A stretch of DNA of 64,000 nucleotides from an uncultured candidatus Porisulfidus sp. (lineage in GTDB: Bacteria; Pseudomonadota; Gammaproteobacteria; Poriferisulfidales; Oxydemutatoraceae), in assembly GCA_965215125.1 (NCBI GenBank), contig OZ244052.1, forward strand, positions 864,001 through 928,000. Reading direction: 5' to 3'. A program made the position numbers and the translations under genes. Each line of letters starts with the position of its first letter. Position 1 is the stretch's first letter. The notes beneath the pieces were generated by a model that made no database searches, was not told where the DNA came from, and saw only the letters and a list, made by a program, of their open reading frames with translations. Below are positions 1 through 13,131 of the stretch, in pieces.

Positions 1-1
1 A

Positions 2-325
2 GAGATGTTGTATGAACTGGCGCGCACCTTAGTGGAACAAGACATAGAATTTTTATTCGCCCGCCCACCTATAGAGGTGATGAATACTTTTGAACGCAGC
101 GGTTTCGCTAGCGAAGAGTGGGCTGATCATTTCTTTAATTCTCGCGATCAAGCCCTGCAATACGCATGGGCAGAATTGGCTAAGCAGAGGCGTAACTGTT
201 CGGTGGAAGGCTGTACGGCTAAAGATATGTCGGGTTGCATTTTGAGGAGAGAGCGTCGTATACCTAGTCAGCTACTAAGAATTATGGGTGGGGGCTTGCC
301 CAAACCTAGCACTTCGGATAATTAG
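2..325 (+). CDS. C-terminal fragment of a probable SulP-family transporter (STAS domain end), truncated by the window edge
   Basis: Reading frame is open from the window start; ELARTLVEQDIEFLFARPPIEVMNTFERSGF resembles the end of a STAS domain. Confidence 0.55.
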   Translation, partial: EMLYELARTLVEQDIEFLFARPPIEVMNTFERSGFASEEWADHFFNSRDQALQYAWAELAKQRRNCSVEGCTAKDMSGCILRRERRIPSQLLRIMGGGLPKPSTSDN

Positions 326-331
326 CGACAA

Positions 332-590
332 TCATTCCCCTCCTTCAAAGGGGTGTCAAGCTCTGCTTGACGGTGACGTTGCAGCGTGTCTGCACAACTA
401 TAGTGCCGGTACATTCCCCTCCTTCGGAGGGGTGGCAGGCGCAATAGAACCGCCGATTGAGCCAGTAGGTCAATCGGCGTAACATTGTGCAGAACCTCGA
501 TACATAGTACAAAATGTAAAGCCTTTCCTTGGGGTGGTCGCAGAAGTATCCGTACAAGCTAATTCCCTTCCTCTGGAGGGGAATGTGCCG
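332..590. repeat. Mosaic of repeat A (TTCCCCTCC-N-GGAGGGG hairpin, 3 copies) and repeat B (CGCCGATTGA-N9-TCAATCGGCG palindrome)
   Basis: The same motifs recur at 8089, 11615, 18335, 32272, 35061, 45290, 49745, 51820 and 52195. Confidence 0.85.
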
Positions 591-1254
591 GTACTCTATA
601 TTGCAAATCATGAATGTGATGCTTCAATGCTTTTCCGCGTCGTTCAAATCCGGTAATCGGACGCAGCGGTGGTGTGTCTATTTTTTGATAGCGCTTACTT
701 TCGGCAATCGCGGTGTGCATCTCTTCGGCGTAATCATCCCAATCGGTGGCTAGATGTAACACACCGTCCGGACAGAGTTTATCGGCTAACATATCGACAA
801 AGCTCGTTTGTATCAGTCTACGCTTATGGTGACGCTTTTTAGGCCACGGGTCCGGAAACAAAACTAAAATTTTGTTCAGGCTGCGGTTCGTAAAACATTG
901 CGGCACCACCGCCGCCGCATCCGCGCGTATTATCTTTATATTGCTCAGTGCTTTGGTTTTAATTTTATTCAGCAATGCACCTATCCCGGGCGGATATACT
1001 TCTATCCCTATAAAATCGGTATCGGTATCGGTTTCCGCCATAGCCGCCAATACCTCGCCGTTCCCGAACCCGATCTCCAACACCGTCGGAGCTTTGCGCT
1101 TGAAAATAGTCTCTAGATCCAGCAAGCGGTCGCCGACATCTATGCCGTAATCCTTCCAATATGTCTGCAACGCATATCGCTGTGCTTTTGTGGTACGTCC
1201 GCTGCGTAGCACATAGCTGCGTATCGGATAGTGCAGCGGTGCAGATTTCAACAT
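559..1254 (-). CDS. trmB: tRNA (guanine-N7)-methyltransferase
   Basis: IRSYVLRSGR, LEIGFGNGE, FPDPWPKKRHHKRR and ATDW motifs; start placed at ATG 1254. Confidence 0.95.
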   Translation of the reverse strand: MLKSAPLHYPIRSYVLRSGRTTKAQRYALQTYWKDYGIDVGDRLLDLETIFKRKAPTVLEIGFGNGEVLAAMAETDTDTDFIGIEVYPPGIGALLNKIKTKALSNIKIIRADAAAVVPQCFTNRSLNKILVLFPDPWPKKRHHKRRLIQTSFVDMLADKLCPDGVLHLATDWDDYAEEMHTAIAESKRYQKIDTPPLRPITGFERRGKALKHHIHDLQYRVPAHSPPEEGN

Positions 1255-1274
1255 TCGGAGTATCGTCTTAGGGC

Positions 1275-2066
1275 TTAGAAGAATAATTGTTCGGAAGGCG
1301 ACGATGCCGATGCAAAACGGCGCTTGGGCATACGCCCGGCGAGCCATGCCATACGCCCAGATTCTACGGCTTTTTTCATCGCCGCCGCCATCAATACGGG
1401 GTCTTCGGCTTCGGCTATCGCAGTATTCATCAATACACCGTCGCAACCTAGTTCCATAGCAATTGCGGCATCGGAGGCGGTGCCTACACCTGCATCTACG
1501 ATAATCGGTACTTGCGCATTTTCCACGATACTTAAGATATTGTACGGGTTGCGTATACCCAGACCCGAACCTATGGGTGCCGCCAAAGGCATAACGGCAA
1601 CACAACCGGCTTGCTCAAACTGCTTCGCCGCAATCGGGTCGTCGTTGGTATACACCATTACATCAAAGCCTTCTTTGACTAAAACTTCGGTTGCGCGTAA
1701 GGTTTGAACGATATGCGGGAACAAGGTCTCGGAGTCACCCAAAACTTCCAACTTCACTAACTGATTACCGTCCAACAACTCGCGTGCAAGTCGGCAAGTA
1801 CGTATTGCATCCTCGGCGGTGTAACAGCCTGCGGTGTTCGGCAATATCGTATAGCGATCGGGTGGCACGATATCCAGTAGATTGGGTTGAGCCTTCTCTT
1901 GACCGACATTCGTGCGCCTGATAGCCACCGTCACAATCTCGGTACCCGAGGCTTCTATTGCATCTCGGGTCTCGGAGAAATCTCGATATTTACCGGTGCC
2001 GAGTAACAGACGAGAGTCATAGTCTTTGCCGGCAATATTCAGGGTCTTGTCCGCTCTTTTAGCCAT
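1275..2066 (-). CDS. thiG: Thiazole synthase
   Basis: [35 protein letters not shown]. Confidence 0.97.
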   Translation of the reverse strand: MAKRADKTLNIAGKDYDSRLLLGTGKYRDFSETRDAIEASGTEIVTVAIRRTNVGQEKAQPNLLDIVPPDRYTILPNTAGCYTAEDAIRTCRLARELLDGNQLVKLEVLGDSETLFPHIVQTLRATEVLVKEGFDVMVYTNDDPIAAKQFEQAGCVAVMPLAAPIGSGLGIRNPYNILSIVENAQVPIIVDAGVGTASDAAIAMELGCDGVLMNTAIAEAEDPVLMAAAMKKAVESGRMAWLAGRMPKRRFASASSPSEQLFF

Positions 2067-2080
2067 CGGCTATCGGTGTA

Positions 2081-2293
2081 TCAGCCGCCGCCGATTGCTT
2101 CTATGATCTCAACCCGATCCCCGTCGCATAATTCGGTTTGTTCGTGCCGAGATTGCGGCACAATTTGCCGGTTAATTTCAATCGCGATTTTACGCTCGGT
2201 TAATGCAAGCATTTGTATTAGCGCGGATACGGTCGTGCCTTTTTCTAAGCTACGATCGGTACCGTTGACCTGAATCCGAACTTGTGTGTGCAT
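2081..2293 (-). CDS. thiS: Sulfur carrier protein ThiS
   Basis: 70 aa ending in GGG, directly upstream of thiG. Confidence 0.95.
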   Translation of the reverse strand: MHTQVRIQVNGTDRSLEKGTTVSALIQMLALTERKIAIEINRQIVPQSRHEQTELCDGDRVEIIEAIGGG

Positions 2294-2306
2294 GACGGCA
2301 CCGCAA

Positions 2307-2774
2307 TTAGATATTTAGGGCGGCTTCCAACACCTCGTTTACGTGATTAATCACTTTAACTTTGCGCCACTCTTGTCTTAAGACACCTTTCTCGTCTATC
2401 AGGAAAGTACTACGCTCGATGCCGCGCACTTTTTTGCCGAACATACTCTTCTGCTTGATGACATCGAATAGCGTACAGAGTTTTTCGTCGTTGTCGGATA
2501 GAAGGTCAAAAGGAAATTGATACTTGTCCTTGAACTTCTCGTGGGAACTGATGCTGTCGCGCGACACGCCGATGATTTTGATATTATGTTTCGCAAAACT
2601 ATCCGCCTTGCTTTTGAAATCTTTGCTTTCCATAGTGCAACCCGGCGTATTATCTCTAGGGTAGAAATAAATCACAAGTTTAGAACCCTTAAAATCCGAT
2701 AAACCAACTTCATTGCCGCCGGTGGCGGACAGCTTGAAATTAGGCACCTTTTTGCCAACTATTACTTTATCCAT
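2307..2774 (-). CDS. bcp: Peroxiredoxin (BCP family)
   Basis: YFYPRDNTPGCT motif, ERSTFLID. Confidence 0.92.
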   Translation of the reverse strand: MDKVIVGKKVPNFKLSATGGNEVGLSDFKGSKLVIYFYPRDNTPGCTMESKDFKSKADSFAKHNIKIIGVSRDSISSHEKFKDKYQFPFDLLSDNDEKLCTLFDVIKQKSMFGKKVRGIERSTFLIDEKGVLRQEWRKVKVINHVNEVLEAALNI

Positions 2775-2818
2775 ATCTCCGTGGAATGTTTATTTAATAT
2801 CAAAAGGGGTATTCTACA

Positions 2819-3931
2819 CTACTCCATAGAAATATCCGGCAAACGATAACTGGTGCTACGTCCGCCGCCCGGATTTTGTATGAAGATGCCACGCCCTTTT
2901 AGCCCTTGAATATCTCGTAAAGCCGTGTCCGTTGAACATTTTGCCAACTTCGCATACTTGGATGTATTGATATAACCTTGAAAATCATACTCGAGCATAC
3001 GATTTATAACCAAACGTTGACGCATATTGACCGGCTGCTGATTGATTTTTTCCCAAAGGCGCGCTTTGAATAACACGACATTCAGTTCATTTTCGGCGTT
3101 TGTAATTGCACGTTTTAGGCAATCCAAAAACCATCGCATCCAGCCGGTAATATCCAGCGAACCGCGCTGTTGATTTTCGAGTTGCTTGTAATATTCTCTG
3201 CGCTCCGACTCTATTTGAGTAGAAAGACTGTAGAAACGGTCGGGGTTTTTGTCTGCACGAGCCAAAACCATATCGGCGATGGCTCTGGCAATACGACCGT
3301 TACCATCTTCGAAAGGGTGAATGGTCACAAACCAAAAATGAGCTAAGCCTGCTTTGAAAACTGCATCGGTGGTGTCGTCGTGCTTCAGCCATTTCATAAA
3401 ATCTTGCATGTCTTGATCGATTCTGTTCGCCGGCGGTGCTTGAAAATGTATTTTTTCATGTCCTATGGCACCGGAGACAACTTGCATCGGCTCCGATTTC
3501 TCCGTACGCCAAGCACCCACTGTGATTTTGTGCATCCCGCTTCGCCCAGTCGGAAACAAAGCAGCGTGCCAGTCAAACAAACGACTTTTGGTTAAAGGTT
3601 TAGCGAATTGTCGGGTAGCATCGAGCATTATTTCTACGATACCCTCAACATCGCGACCGGTAGGAACGAGCCCGGCAATATCGATTCCTAAGCGACGAGC
3701 AATAGAGGAACGTACCTCTTCGGGATTTAAATTTTCTCCTTCAATAGCCGAAGACTTCACAACATCCTTGGTGAGTGTATTAAGATTTGCCTCCAGTCTT
3801 AAATCAAAGCCTAGATTTTTCATTCTACCGAGCAACATCCCCTGACTATGACGTACATCCGCAAGTTTATAAGTCAAAGTGTCGTTATCCCAAGTGAAAT
3901 TCGGCCAGTTGTCGTGTTCGTATATCCACAT
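2819..3931 (-). CDS. Fic family protein with DUF4172-type N-terminus and C-terminal HTH
   Basis: HPFEDGNGRIAR Fic motif; SSAIEGE; C-terminal KYAKLAKCSTDTALRDI. Confidence 0.92.
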   Translation of the reverse strand: MWIYEHDNWPNFTWDNDTLTYKLADVRHSQGMLLGRMKNLGFDLRLEANLNTLTKDVVKSSAIEGENLNPEEVRSSIARRLGIDIAGLVPTGRDVEGIVEIMLDATRQFAKPLTKSRLFDWHAALFPTGRSGMHKITVGAWRTEKSEPMQVVSGAIGHEKIHFQAPPANRIDQDMQDFMKWLKHDDTTDAVFKAGLAHFWFVTIHPFEDGNGRIARAIADMVLARADKNPDRFYSLSTQIESERREYYKQLENQQRGSLDITGWMRWFLDCLKRAITNAENELNVVLFKARLWEKINQQPVNMRQRLVINRMLEYDFQGYINTSKYAKLAKCSTDTALRDIQGLKGRGIFIQNPGGGRSTSYRLPDISME

Positions 3932-3932
3932 A

Positions 3933-3985
3933 ATAATCACCGCAGAATATGCGGTGATTATAGGGTGTAATCACCGCAAAAGCAA
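3933..3985 (-). promoter_or_regulatory. Sigma70 promoter of the fic gene with overlapping operator repeats
   Basis: Minus strand TTGCTT-N17-TATAAT; inverted repeat ATAATCACCGCA-N5-TGCGGTGATTAT plus a third TAATCACCGCA. Confidence 0.7.
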
Positions 3986-4110
3986 GGAGAATCGCTGATT
4001 GAGCCATAGAATCGCCACTTGCTCCAGTTGGGCAAGTGGCGTGACTTCGTGCAAAACTAAATACTGCGTCCGTTAGAAACATTACATATATCCAAAGTCA
4101 ATCGGCGGTT

Positions 4111-4812
4111 CTACTTATCCGGCATCCAGCTTTTTAATGTCAGTGTGGTTTTGATTTTATCGCCGTCCAACTTTACGATCTTTATCGGCAGATAATCATG
4201 CTTCGGACTGAGCCAGTATATTTGATCCGGTTTTTCATTTTTGTATCGCTCTATGCGAATCGTATCAAACTTTTCTGCTGCAACTTCAATTATCTCCTCG
4301 CCTCGTTTTACGAAACGTCTCTCTTTCAATCGTCCATCGGAGATTAGAATATAATTTCGGTCAAAATCGGAGTCCAGCGTGTTGACAACATCGTCTCTTA
4401 GTTTGAGCTGAAAGGTGTTTTCATCTACCGTGCCTTTTTTAATGTCCAGAGTAGATTGTTCGCCTTTATACAGCACTTGGGCTTTATAGTTTTTCCAATC
4501 AAAACGGTACACTTGTTTTTTGTTTTTGTTCGGAACCTCTTTTTCATAGACCAACGGTAGCCAGTGTTCGCTCTTTTTAATAATTTTGCTGTAGCTATGC
4601 GCCCGAATGTTGAAAATGTGTCCTAATCCCCTAGGCTCTACCGCGCTTTTATACAAGAACTTATGGTCTTCGCGTTTGAGGGCAACAGCCATCTCGGCAA
4701 CGGTGATGTTAGGTCTGCCGATTTCGTAGATCGCTTTGAACGATGATAATTCCTGCCCTATACTTTGAACGGCAAGTGCGCCGCACAGAATTAATGCAAA
4801 AACATATCTCAT
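4111..4812 (-). CDS. DUF3108-like exported protein
   Basis: Signal peptide; C-terminal YWLSPKHDYLPIKI pattern. Confidence 0.7.
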   Translation of the reverse strand: MRYVFALILCGALAVQSIGQELSSFKAIYEIGRPNITVAEMAVALKREDHKFLYKSAVEPRGLGHIFNIRAHSYSKIIKKSEHWLPLVYEKEVPNKNKKQVYRFDWKNYKAQVLYKGEQSTLDIKKGTVDENTFQLKLRDDVVNTLDSDFDRNYILISDGRLKERRFVKRGEEIIEVAAEKFDTIRIERYKNEKPDQIYWLSPKHDYLPIKIVKLDGDKIKTTLTLKSWMPDK

Positions 4813-7700
4813 GTCGTCGCCCAATCGTGGTATTCGTCCCATGCGGGACGTCTGCAAAGACCGGCATAATCGCAATATTTGCATACATTCTGCTTATTGC
4901 CCCACGCATTCAGGGGGTGTTCGGAATCGTAGTCGGTTTTAATGCTTAACAGCCTGCCTAGATTTTTATTGCGGTATTCGGCAAGTTCTTCGCCTTGCAG
5001 AGTACGTTGCTCGCCCCTATTTTTAGCACCCAATGCCAAGTAGATTGCGGTGTTGATGTTTTTATCGAGCAATGCATAGCTGGTTAGCTGTATGTGTTCG
5101 CCGCTTTTTATGTCTTTGTTGCTCGCTAAGCCACCGGTTTTATAGTCTACCAACATAGAACCTTTTTCGGTTTGTAAAATCAAGTCTGCGATACCCCGCA
5201 TAGATAGATTTTCCGATAGTTCCTCTTCCAGTTTCTGCTCGGTGCTCGTTGACGATACAGCTTGTTCTCGTTGCCGTTCTATCATCCAATCTATGTAGTA
5301 GGTCATCGCTTCGTTCGCATCGGTGAACCAGAAATAATTTACATAATTACTGAATTTCGACTCCTTAAATTTCTCCCGCAGTATCTCGAGCGCAAAGGAG
5401 CTTATCTCGAAGCGTTTTTCGGCAACCCAAATCGGCGGGTCGTAACGCGCGTTGAGTCCGGCATGTAATTCTTGCAAACATCGGTGCAGATAATTGCCAT
5501 AGTCCATTGCATCCCAATAGTCGGATACTTCGCGGCGACTATAGATTTTCAAAATATCGCGAGCGTAGAATCGGTATGGGCAATCTATTATTCGTTGATA
5601 CCCGCCCACACTGAGCCGTTGCGGCCATAACCGCTTGGGTGCAGTCGGTGTTGCAATACTTTGCATCTGCGCTTCAAACCCCTGCTCGGTTGCCAAATTG
5701 AGCGATGAACAACGCTGCGCCATACTTTGCAACTCATAATCGCTCAAATCGTCGTACGCGATTTTATGAAAATCACGAATTGCGGTGAGCCAAGCCGACG
5801 GCATCATCTGCCTGTCTTGGTTGTATTGCTGGCAACTCAGCAATAGATGTCCGGCACTCTCCAGTAAGGTTCTAAATAGCATGAATTGGGTTCCCACGGA
5901 TTGCTCGTAAGTCTCAAGCCCTAATTCACGGCGAATGTTCTCGTTGATTAAGCCGCCGGTTTGCGGTGGGTGGGGAAAGTGACTATGATCCAGTGCGACG
6001 ATAGCCAATGCATCAAATTGCATAAGTTCGGCTTGTCCGGGGTTCATTAAAAAGACACCGTGTTCTGGACAATCGGGCATAAAGTTGCTCTGCTCCAAAT
6101 GATACAAAATCAAACTCTGCCATACACCGAAGCTCGCTCGCTCGCCCTCTATTTTGACTGCCCTATAGAGCTGTTGTAATTCGGAGATTATCCGCTCCCC
6201 GGCGTGGTCTGCGGATAACTTTTTATACATGCCCAGTTTGTTCATCGCATCAAACAAACATCCAAAATAATCCGTATATGGATGTTCTGCCCCATCTCTT
6301 AACCGTGCTATAGGGATTAACGCTGCGACAATTTTTTCGGCAAGTATGATTGATAGCGGGTTGCCGACAGCGACAGTCTTGATCTGCTCTAAGGCTTTGT
6401 CAATAGGACTATGCCGTATCCGACGACTGCCAAGCAGGTGTTCTATATAATCTGCCGATGCAATCGCATCGCTATGCTCTACCTCTAAATCACAATACGG
6501 AGATCTCATCAGTTCCAACACCGTTTTGATGTCCGCTACACCCTCCGTATTGCCCAAAACATGCTTCAAAGCCGACGCACTGCTGGTGGTGGAAAGCTCC
6601 CAACCGGAATAATCTATCAACGGGATATTGTATCTTTCAAAAATCGCTCCGATGCGCCGGCTCAATTTACGGTCCAAACTTATCAGCCCTATTTTTTGAT
6701 GCTTCAGCTCCAACCAACGACGCACCGCAATATAAATACCCCATGCGTGTTCTTCGGTGGTCATCGGAAAAAATAAGCGCACCCTCTCGCTGAAAGGACT
6801 TGTGGCAGATGTTTCGGCAAACCGTTGCGCACGCTCCGCAAAAGGTATGCTTTTCGGGTCGGACGAAACTCGGGCAGAGAATATGCTGTCCAGCAAACGG
6901 CTGTAGTCGGTATCGCTGGCGGTGAAAGCAGGCGATTCCCCGACTTCCGCAGTGAGTTGCTCGGCGGTGTGTAGTACGGGATTATAAGCAACCGGAATAG
7001 CGGCGGTGTTCGCTTTGCTAATCCATGTTAGACGATTCTGCTTATATAAATTGCATGCCCATTTCTCAAAGCACGGCGATAGGTGATTCATACCGCATAG
7101 ATAGACATGCTCGTCGGGTTCGGTGTAGGTGTCCGTATTGAGCATCTTATACCAAGCAAAGGTCGGATAGTTCTTTTCATCGTATAAACTTTTCCATGTC
7201 TGCCATAAGGTTAAAAGTATGCGCGTATCGTCCTGCCATGTTGCAGCGAGCGTCTCGGTATTTTTTTCCAAGCTGTCATCGGCTTGCTCGGTAGCGTAAT
7301 CGTATTCGCTGATTTTGTCGAAGACCGAAATTATCTCGTCGGCTAATTGCCATCTACTTGCATTGGGGAATAGGTTTTTATATCGATGTAGCGCAGTTGC
7401 TAAACTTAATCCGGCACATAAACCCTTCGTTGTTTTAGCGGTCGTTATATAACGTTCCGAGAACAACCGCTTCGGTGTTGCAATCGTCGGCGGGATGAGT
7501 GCCTCGTATCCTCGCCGCCGCGCTTCATCCGATAAGTGTTTGCGCAGTGTTAGGAACTGTATTCTGATACGCGCAGTCGCTTCGGGGACGAGTATAACCG
7601 CGTTTGATAAATCGGGTAGCTGTTCCGAAAAATCCGCGACTACGGTCTCGGCACAAAATGCCGAGAGGTCGCTACGAAAAGGCAAAATATACGAAGGCAC
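4809..7700 (-). CDS. AddB/RexB-like PD-(D/E)XK nuclease with Fe-S cysteines
   Basis: C-terminal CPYRFY, RGIADLI, VDYKTG, QLTSY, CKYCDYAGLC. Confidence 0.85.
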   Translation of the reverse strand: MPSYILPFRSDLSAFCAETVVADFSEQLPDLSNAVILVPEATARIRIQFLTLRKHLSDEARRRGYEALIPPTIATPKRLFSERYITTAKTTKGLCAGLSLATALHRYKNLFPNASRWQLADEIISVFDKISEYDYATEQADDSLEKNTETLAATWQDDTRILLTLWQTWKSLYDEKNYPTFAWYKMLNTDTYTEPDEHVYLCGMNHLSPCFEKWACNLYKQNRLTWISKANTAAIPVAYNPVLHTAEQLTAEVGESPAFTASDTDYSRLLDSIFSARVSSDPKSIPFAERAQRFAETSATSPFSERVRLFFPMTTEEHAWGIYIAVRRWLELKHQKIGLISLDRKLSRRIGAIFERYNIPLIDYSGWELSTTSSASALKHVLGNTEGVADIKTVLELMRSPYCDLEVEHSDAIASADYIEHLLGSRRIRHSPIDKALEQIKTVAVGNPLSIILAEKIVAALIPIARLRDGAEHPYTDYFGCLFDAMNKLGMYKKLSADHAGERIISELQQLYRAVKIEGERASFGVWQSLILYHLEQSNFMPDCPEHGVFLMNPGQAELMQFDALAIVALDHSHFPHPPQTGGLINENIRRELGLETYEQSVGTQFMLFRTLLESAGHLLLSCQQYNQDRQMMPSAWLTAIRDFHKIAYDDLSDYELQSMAQRCSSLNLATEQGFEAQMQSIATPTAPKRLWPQRLSVGGYQRIIDCPYRFYARDILKIYSRREVSDYWDAMDYGNYLHRCLQELHAGLNARYDPPIWVAEKRFEISSFALEILREKFKESKFSNYVNYFWFTDANEAMTYYIDWMIERQREQAVSSTSTEQKLEEELSENLSMRGIADLILQTEKGSMLVDYKTGGLASNKDIKSGEHIQLTSYALLDKNINTAIYLALGAKNRGEQRTLQGEELAEYRNKNLGRLLSIKTDYDSEHPLNAWGNKQNVCKYCDYAGLCRRPAWDEYHDWATT

Positions 7701-7702
7701 AT

Positions 7703-8026
7703 TTAGTATTCCAACAAACCCAACTTGTCAGGTTTATCTTTCCATTCGTCGGCATCGGGGGGAGCATCCTTCTTAACGGTTATCACCGGCCATTGTTGTG
7801 AAAGCTCGTCGTTCAATTTGAGAAACTGCTTCTGCTCTTCCTCTAAATCGTCTTCGGACAAGATAGCATCTATAGGGCACTCCGGTTCGCAAAGAGAACA
7901 ATCAATACACTCTTCGGGATCTATCACCAAAAAGTTGGGTCCCTCGTGAAAACAATCTACCGGACACACCTCTACGCAATCCGTATATTTACATTTAATA
8001 CAATTTTCTGTAACCACAAAAGTCAT
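7703..8026 (-). CDS. fdxA: 7Fe ferredoxin FdxA
   Basis: [26 protein letters not shown]. Confidence 0.96.
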   Translation of the reverse strand: MTFVVTENCIKCKYTDCVEVCPVDCFHEGPNFLVIDPEECIDCSLCEPECPIDAILSEDDLEEEQKQFLKLNDELSQQWPVITVKKDAPPDADEWKDKPDKLGLLEY

Positions 8027-8088
8027 ACCAAAACCTCATTAGTTGAAAAGCCTATTTTACATGATAACCTACATGCTTAGAGGCGGAC

Positions 8089-8210
8089 TATTCCCCTCCT
8101 GTGGAGGGGTGGCAGGCGCAGCCTGACGGGGTGGTTATTCCCCTCCTGTGGAGGGGTGGCAGGCGCAGCCTGACGGGGTGGTTATTCCCCTCCTGTGGAG
8201 GGGAATGTTG
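8089..8210 (+). repeat. Tandem array of repeat A (47-bp period, about 2.5 copies)
   Basis: TATTCCCCTCCTGTGGAGGGGTGGCAGGCGCAGCCTGACGGGGTGGT starts at 8089 and 8136, with a partial copy at 8183. Confidence 0.95.
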
Positions 8211-8213
8211 CTT

Positions 8214-9005
8214 CTACGGGTGGTTATCAAACTCGGCAATTATCGGGGCATGGTCGGACGGGCGTTCTAGGGTGCGGGGGTGTTTGTCTATGATGCTAGA
8301 TAAGCAATGTTCGCAAAGTTCAGTGTTGGCTAGCAACAGGTCTATGCGCAAGCCTGCGTTTTTATCAAAGCTATTGTTGCGATAATCCCACCAGCTAAAA
8401 GTATCTTCGGTTTTATGTTCAAACAGGCGGAAGGTGTCGGCGAGACCTAAGTCAAAGAAGGTCGCAAGCATTTGACGTTCGGGTTCGGTGCAGAGTATAT
8501 GACCTGCCCACTTTTTAGGGTCGTGTACATCGGCATCGGCAGGGGCAATATTAAAGTCTCCCAAAACAATAATGTGACGGTGTGTTTGCATCTCGGCGGC
8601 GATGAAAGTTCTGATGTGTTCCAGCCACTTCAGTTTATAGTGATAGCGGTCGGAATCCACTTCGGAGCCGTTGACCACATATAGGTTGACGATACGGACA
8701 CCGTCTATGGTTGCGGCTAAAACTCGCTTGTCTTCATCGTCTATATTTGCCACCTCGGTGTTTTCATCGTTCGCTTTGCCGCGATATAACAATGCGACTC
8801 CGTTATAACTTTTCTGCCCACTGAACATGGCTTGATAACCTGCCGCTTTTATTTCCCTTATCGGAAATTGTTCGTCGGTGACTTTGGTTTCCTGCACGGC
8901 AAGTACATCGACTTGGGTATGTTTGAGCCAATCCAATATATGTTTAAGCCGCGTGCGTATAGAGTTGACATTCCATGATGCCACCGTAAATCTCTGGTTG
9001 TGCAC
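8214..9005 (-). CDS. xth: Exodeoxyribonuclease III
   Basis: SWNVNS, QETK, GDFNIAP, WWDYR, RIDL, SDHAP. Confidence 0.96.
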   Translation of the reverse strand: MHNQRFTVASWNVNSIRTRLKHILDWLKHTQVDVLAVQETKVTDEQFPIREIKAAGYQAMFSGQKSYNGVALLYRGKANDENTEVANIDDEDKRVLAATIDGVRIVNLYVVNGSEVDSDRYHYKLKWLEHIRTFIAAEMQTHRHIIVLGDFNIAPADADVHDPKKWAGHILCTEPERQMLATFFDLGLADTFRLFEHKTEDTFSWWDYRNNSFDKNAGLRIDLLLANTELCEHCLSSIIDKHPRTLERPSDHAPIIAEFDNHP

Positions 9006-9024
9006 GGATATATGCTCTGAGGTA

Positions 9025-11427
<2,403 letters not shown>

Positions 11428-11572
11428 TCAGGGGTTTAGAGGTTAAAAACATACTTAATAATGAGATTTAATTTAGTTTTTTTCAATCGTTATATTTTAG
11501 CACATATGGTACCGTAATTTCGGATTTTAAGTGCTTCGGAGGTTGTGGTTTTTAATGTATGTGCCACTTGAT

Positions 11573-11664
11573 ATGTTGAGGTTCTGCACAAGTCACGCCA
11601 TTTGTTGTCGTTGCAACCACCCCGTCAAGCTCCGCTTGCCACCCCTCCACAGGAGGGGAATGTT
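11573..11664 (-). repeat. Repeat A copy plus a B-type tail downstream of accC
   Basis: AACCACCCCGTCAAGCTCCGCTTGCCACCCCTCCACAGGAGGGGAATG. Confidence 0.8.
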
Positions 11665-11665
11665 C

Positions 11666-13015
11666 TTACAGGTTGTAATGCGGCAACTTGGTTTCTAGAT
11701 AGTGTATATCTAATTTCCCGTCGGCAAAAGCCGAGTCGTCTAATATCTGTTTATGCAACATGATATTGGTGTCAATACCGTTGATGTATATTTCGTTAAG
11801 GGCGATTTGCATGCGTTTGATGGCAATATCTCGGTTATCGCCGTATGCGATGAGTTTGCCTATCATCGAGTCATAAAACGGCGGCACGGTATAGCCGCCG
11901 TAGATATGCGAGTCTACGCGTATGCCGGGACCACCGGGTAAATGCAAATGTTCTATTGCACCGGGCGACGGCATAAAATTTTTAGGGTTTTCTGCATTGA
12001 TTCTACATTCTATTGCGTGTCCTTCAAAGCGTACATCCTCTTGTTTTATATTGAGTTTAAGACCGGCGGCGATTTCCAGTTGTTTTCTAACGATGTCTAT
12101 GCCGGTAATCATTTCGGTAACCGGATGTTCAACCTGTACCCGGGTGTTCATCTCTATAAAATAAAATTTGCCGTCTTCGTAAAGGAATTCAAAAGTGCCG
12201 GCACCGCGATAGCCGGTGCGTCGGCAAGCCTCCTTTACGATATGACCTATCTCGGCGCGTTGTTCCTCGCTAATACCGGGGGCAGGTGCTTCCTCTATTA
12301 CCTTTTGATGCTTGCGTTGCATCGAGCAGTCTCGCTCTCCCAAGTGGATTACGTTGCCATGGGAGTCGGCTAATACCTGAAATTCAACATGGCGCGGCTT
12401 TTGCAGATATTTCTCCATATAGATTTCGTCGCTGTCAAATGCCGCTTTGGCTTCGGCTCGGGTTAATGCGAGCGCATTCGCCAAGGCACCTTCGGAATGT
12501 ACCACACGCATACCGCGACCACCACCGCCGTCGGTTGCTTTGATTATGACCGGATAGCCGATACCCTTAGCAATCTCAAAACTCTCTTCGGTTCCGCCTT
12601 GCAACGGGCTGTTGACTCCCGGCACACAAGGCACACCGGCTTCCAGCATGGTTTCTTTGGCGGTTATTTTGTTCGCCATCGCTTTGATAGTCGCCGGCTT
12701 AGGACCTATAAAAATAAAGCCGCTCGATTCTATTTGTTCGGCGAAAGACGCACTTTCGGAGAGAAAGCCGTAGCCCGGATGGATTGCCATTGCGTCGGTG
12801 ACTTCGGCTGCGCTGATGATTGCCGGAATATTCAGATAGCTTTGCTGTGCCGGCGGCGGTCCTATACACACCGACTCATCCGCCAGCTTGACATGCATCA
12901 GGTCTTGGTCGGCTTTTGAATACACTGCCACCGTCTTGATATTGAGTTCTTGGCACGCGCGTAAAATGCGTAAAGCAATCTCTCCGCGATTGGCAATCAA
13001 TACTTTATCAAGCAT
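11666..13015 (-). CDS. accC: Acetyl-CoA carboxylase, biotin carboxylase subunit
   Basis: [33 protein letters not shown]. Confidence 0.97.
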   Translation of the reverse strand: MLDKVLIANRGEIALRILRACQELNIKTVAVYSKADQDLMHVKLADESVCIGPPPAQQSYLNIPAIISAAEVTDAMAIHPGYGFLSESASFAEQIESSGFIFIGPKPATIKAMANKITAKETMLEAGVPCVPGVNSPLQGGTEESFEIAKGIGYPVIIKATDGGGGRGMRVVHSEGALANALALTRAEAKAAFDSDEIYMEKYLQKPRHVEFQVLADSHGNVIHLGERDCSMQRKHQKVIEEAPAPGISEEQRAEIGHIVKEACRRTGYRGAGTFEFLYEDGKFYFIEMNTRVQVEHPVTEMITGIDIVRKQLEIAAGLKLNIKQEDVRFEGHAIECRINAENPKNFMPSPGAIEHLHLPGGPGIRVDSHIYGGYTVPPFYDSMIGKLIAYGDNRDIAIKRMQIALNEIYINGIDTNIMLHKQILDDSAFADGKLDIHYLETKLPHYNL

Positions 13016-13131
13016 CAATTTAAGGTTGTTGAAATATTACAAAATGCAAAACCGCCCCTACGGGTGGTTTGCAGATATTCTCGGCGCATAGCGGTTGCGG
13101 TCGTGCCAAACGGTACTTTAGGGCGGACATG

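Noticed and set aside
444-500. Repeat B as a group II intron domain V remnant or an integron attC site
   Set aside because: Only GAACCGCCG is shared with intron DV; there is no DV/DVI continuation, reverse transcriptase, RYYYAAC/GTTRRRY attC boundary or integrase
1255-1605. N-terminal extension of the 348-aa trmB ORF
   Set aside because: It overlaps thiG in another frame; TrmB similarity starts near ATG 1254
8089-8210. Possible CRISPR array
   Set aside because: Units are identical head to tail with no unique spacers, the unit is dispersed across the window, and no cas genes are present
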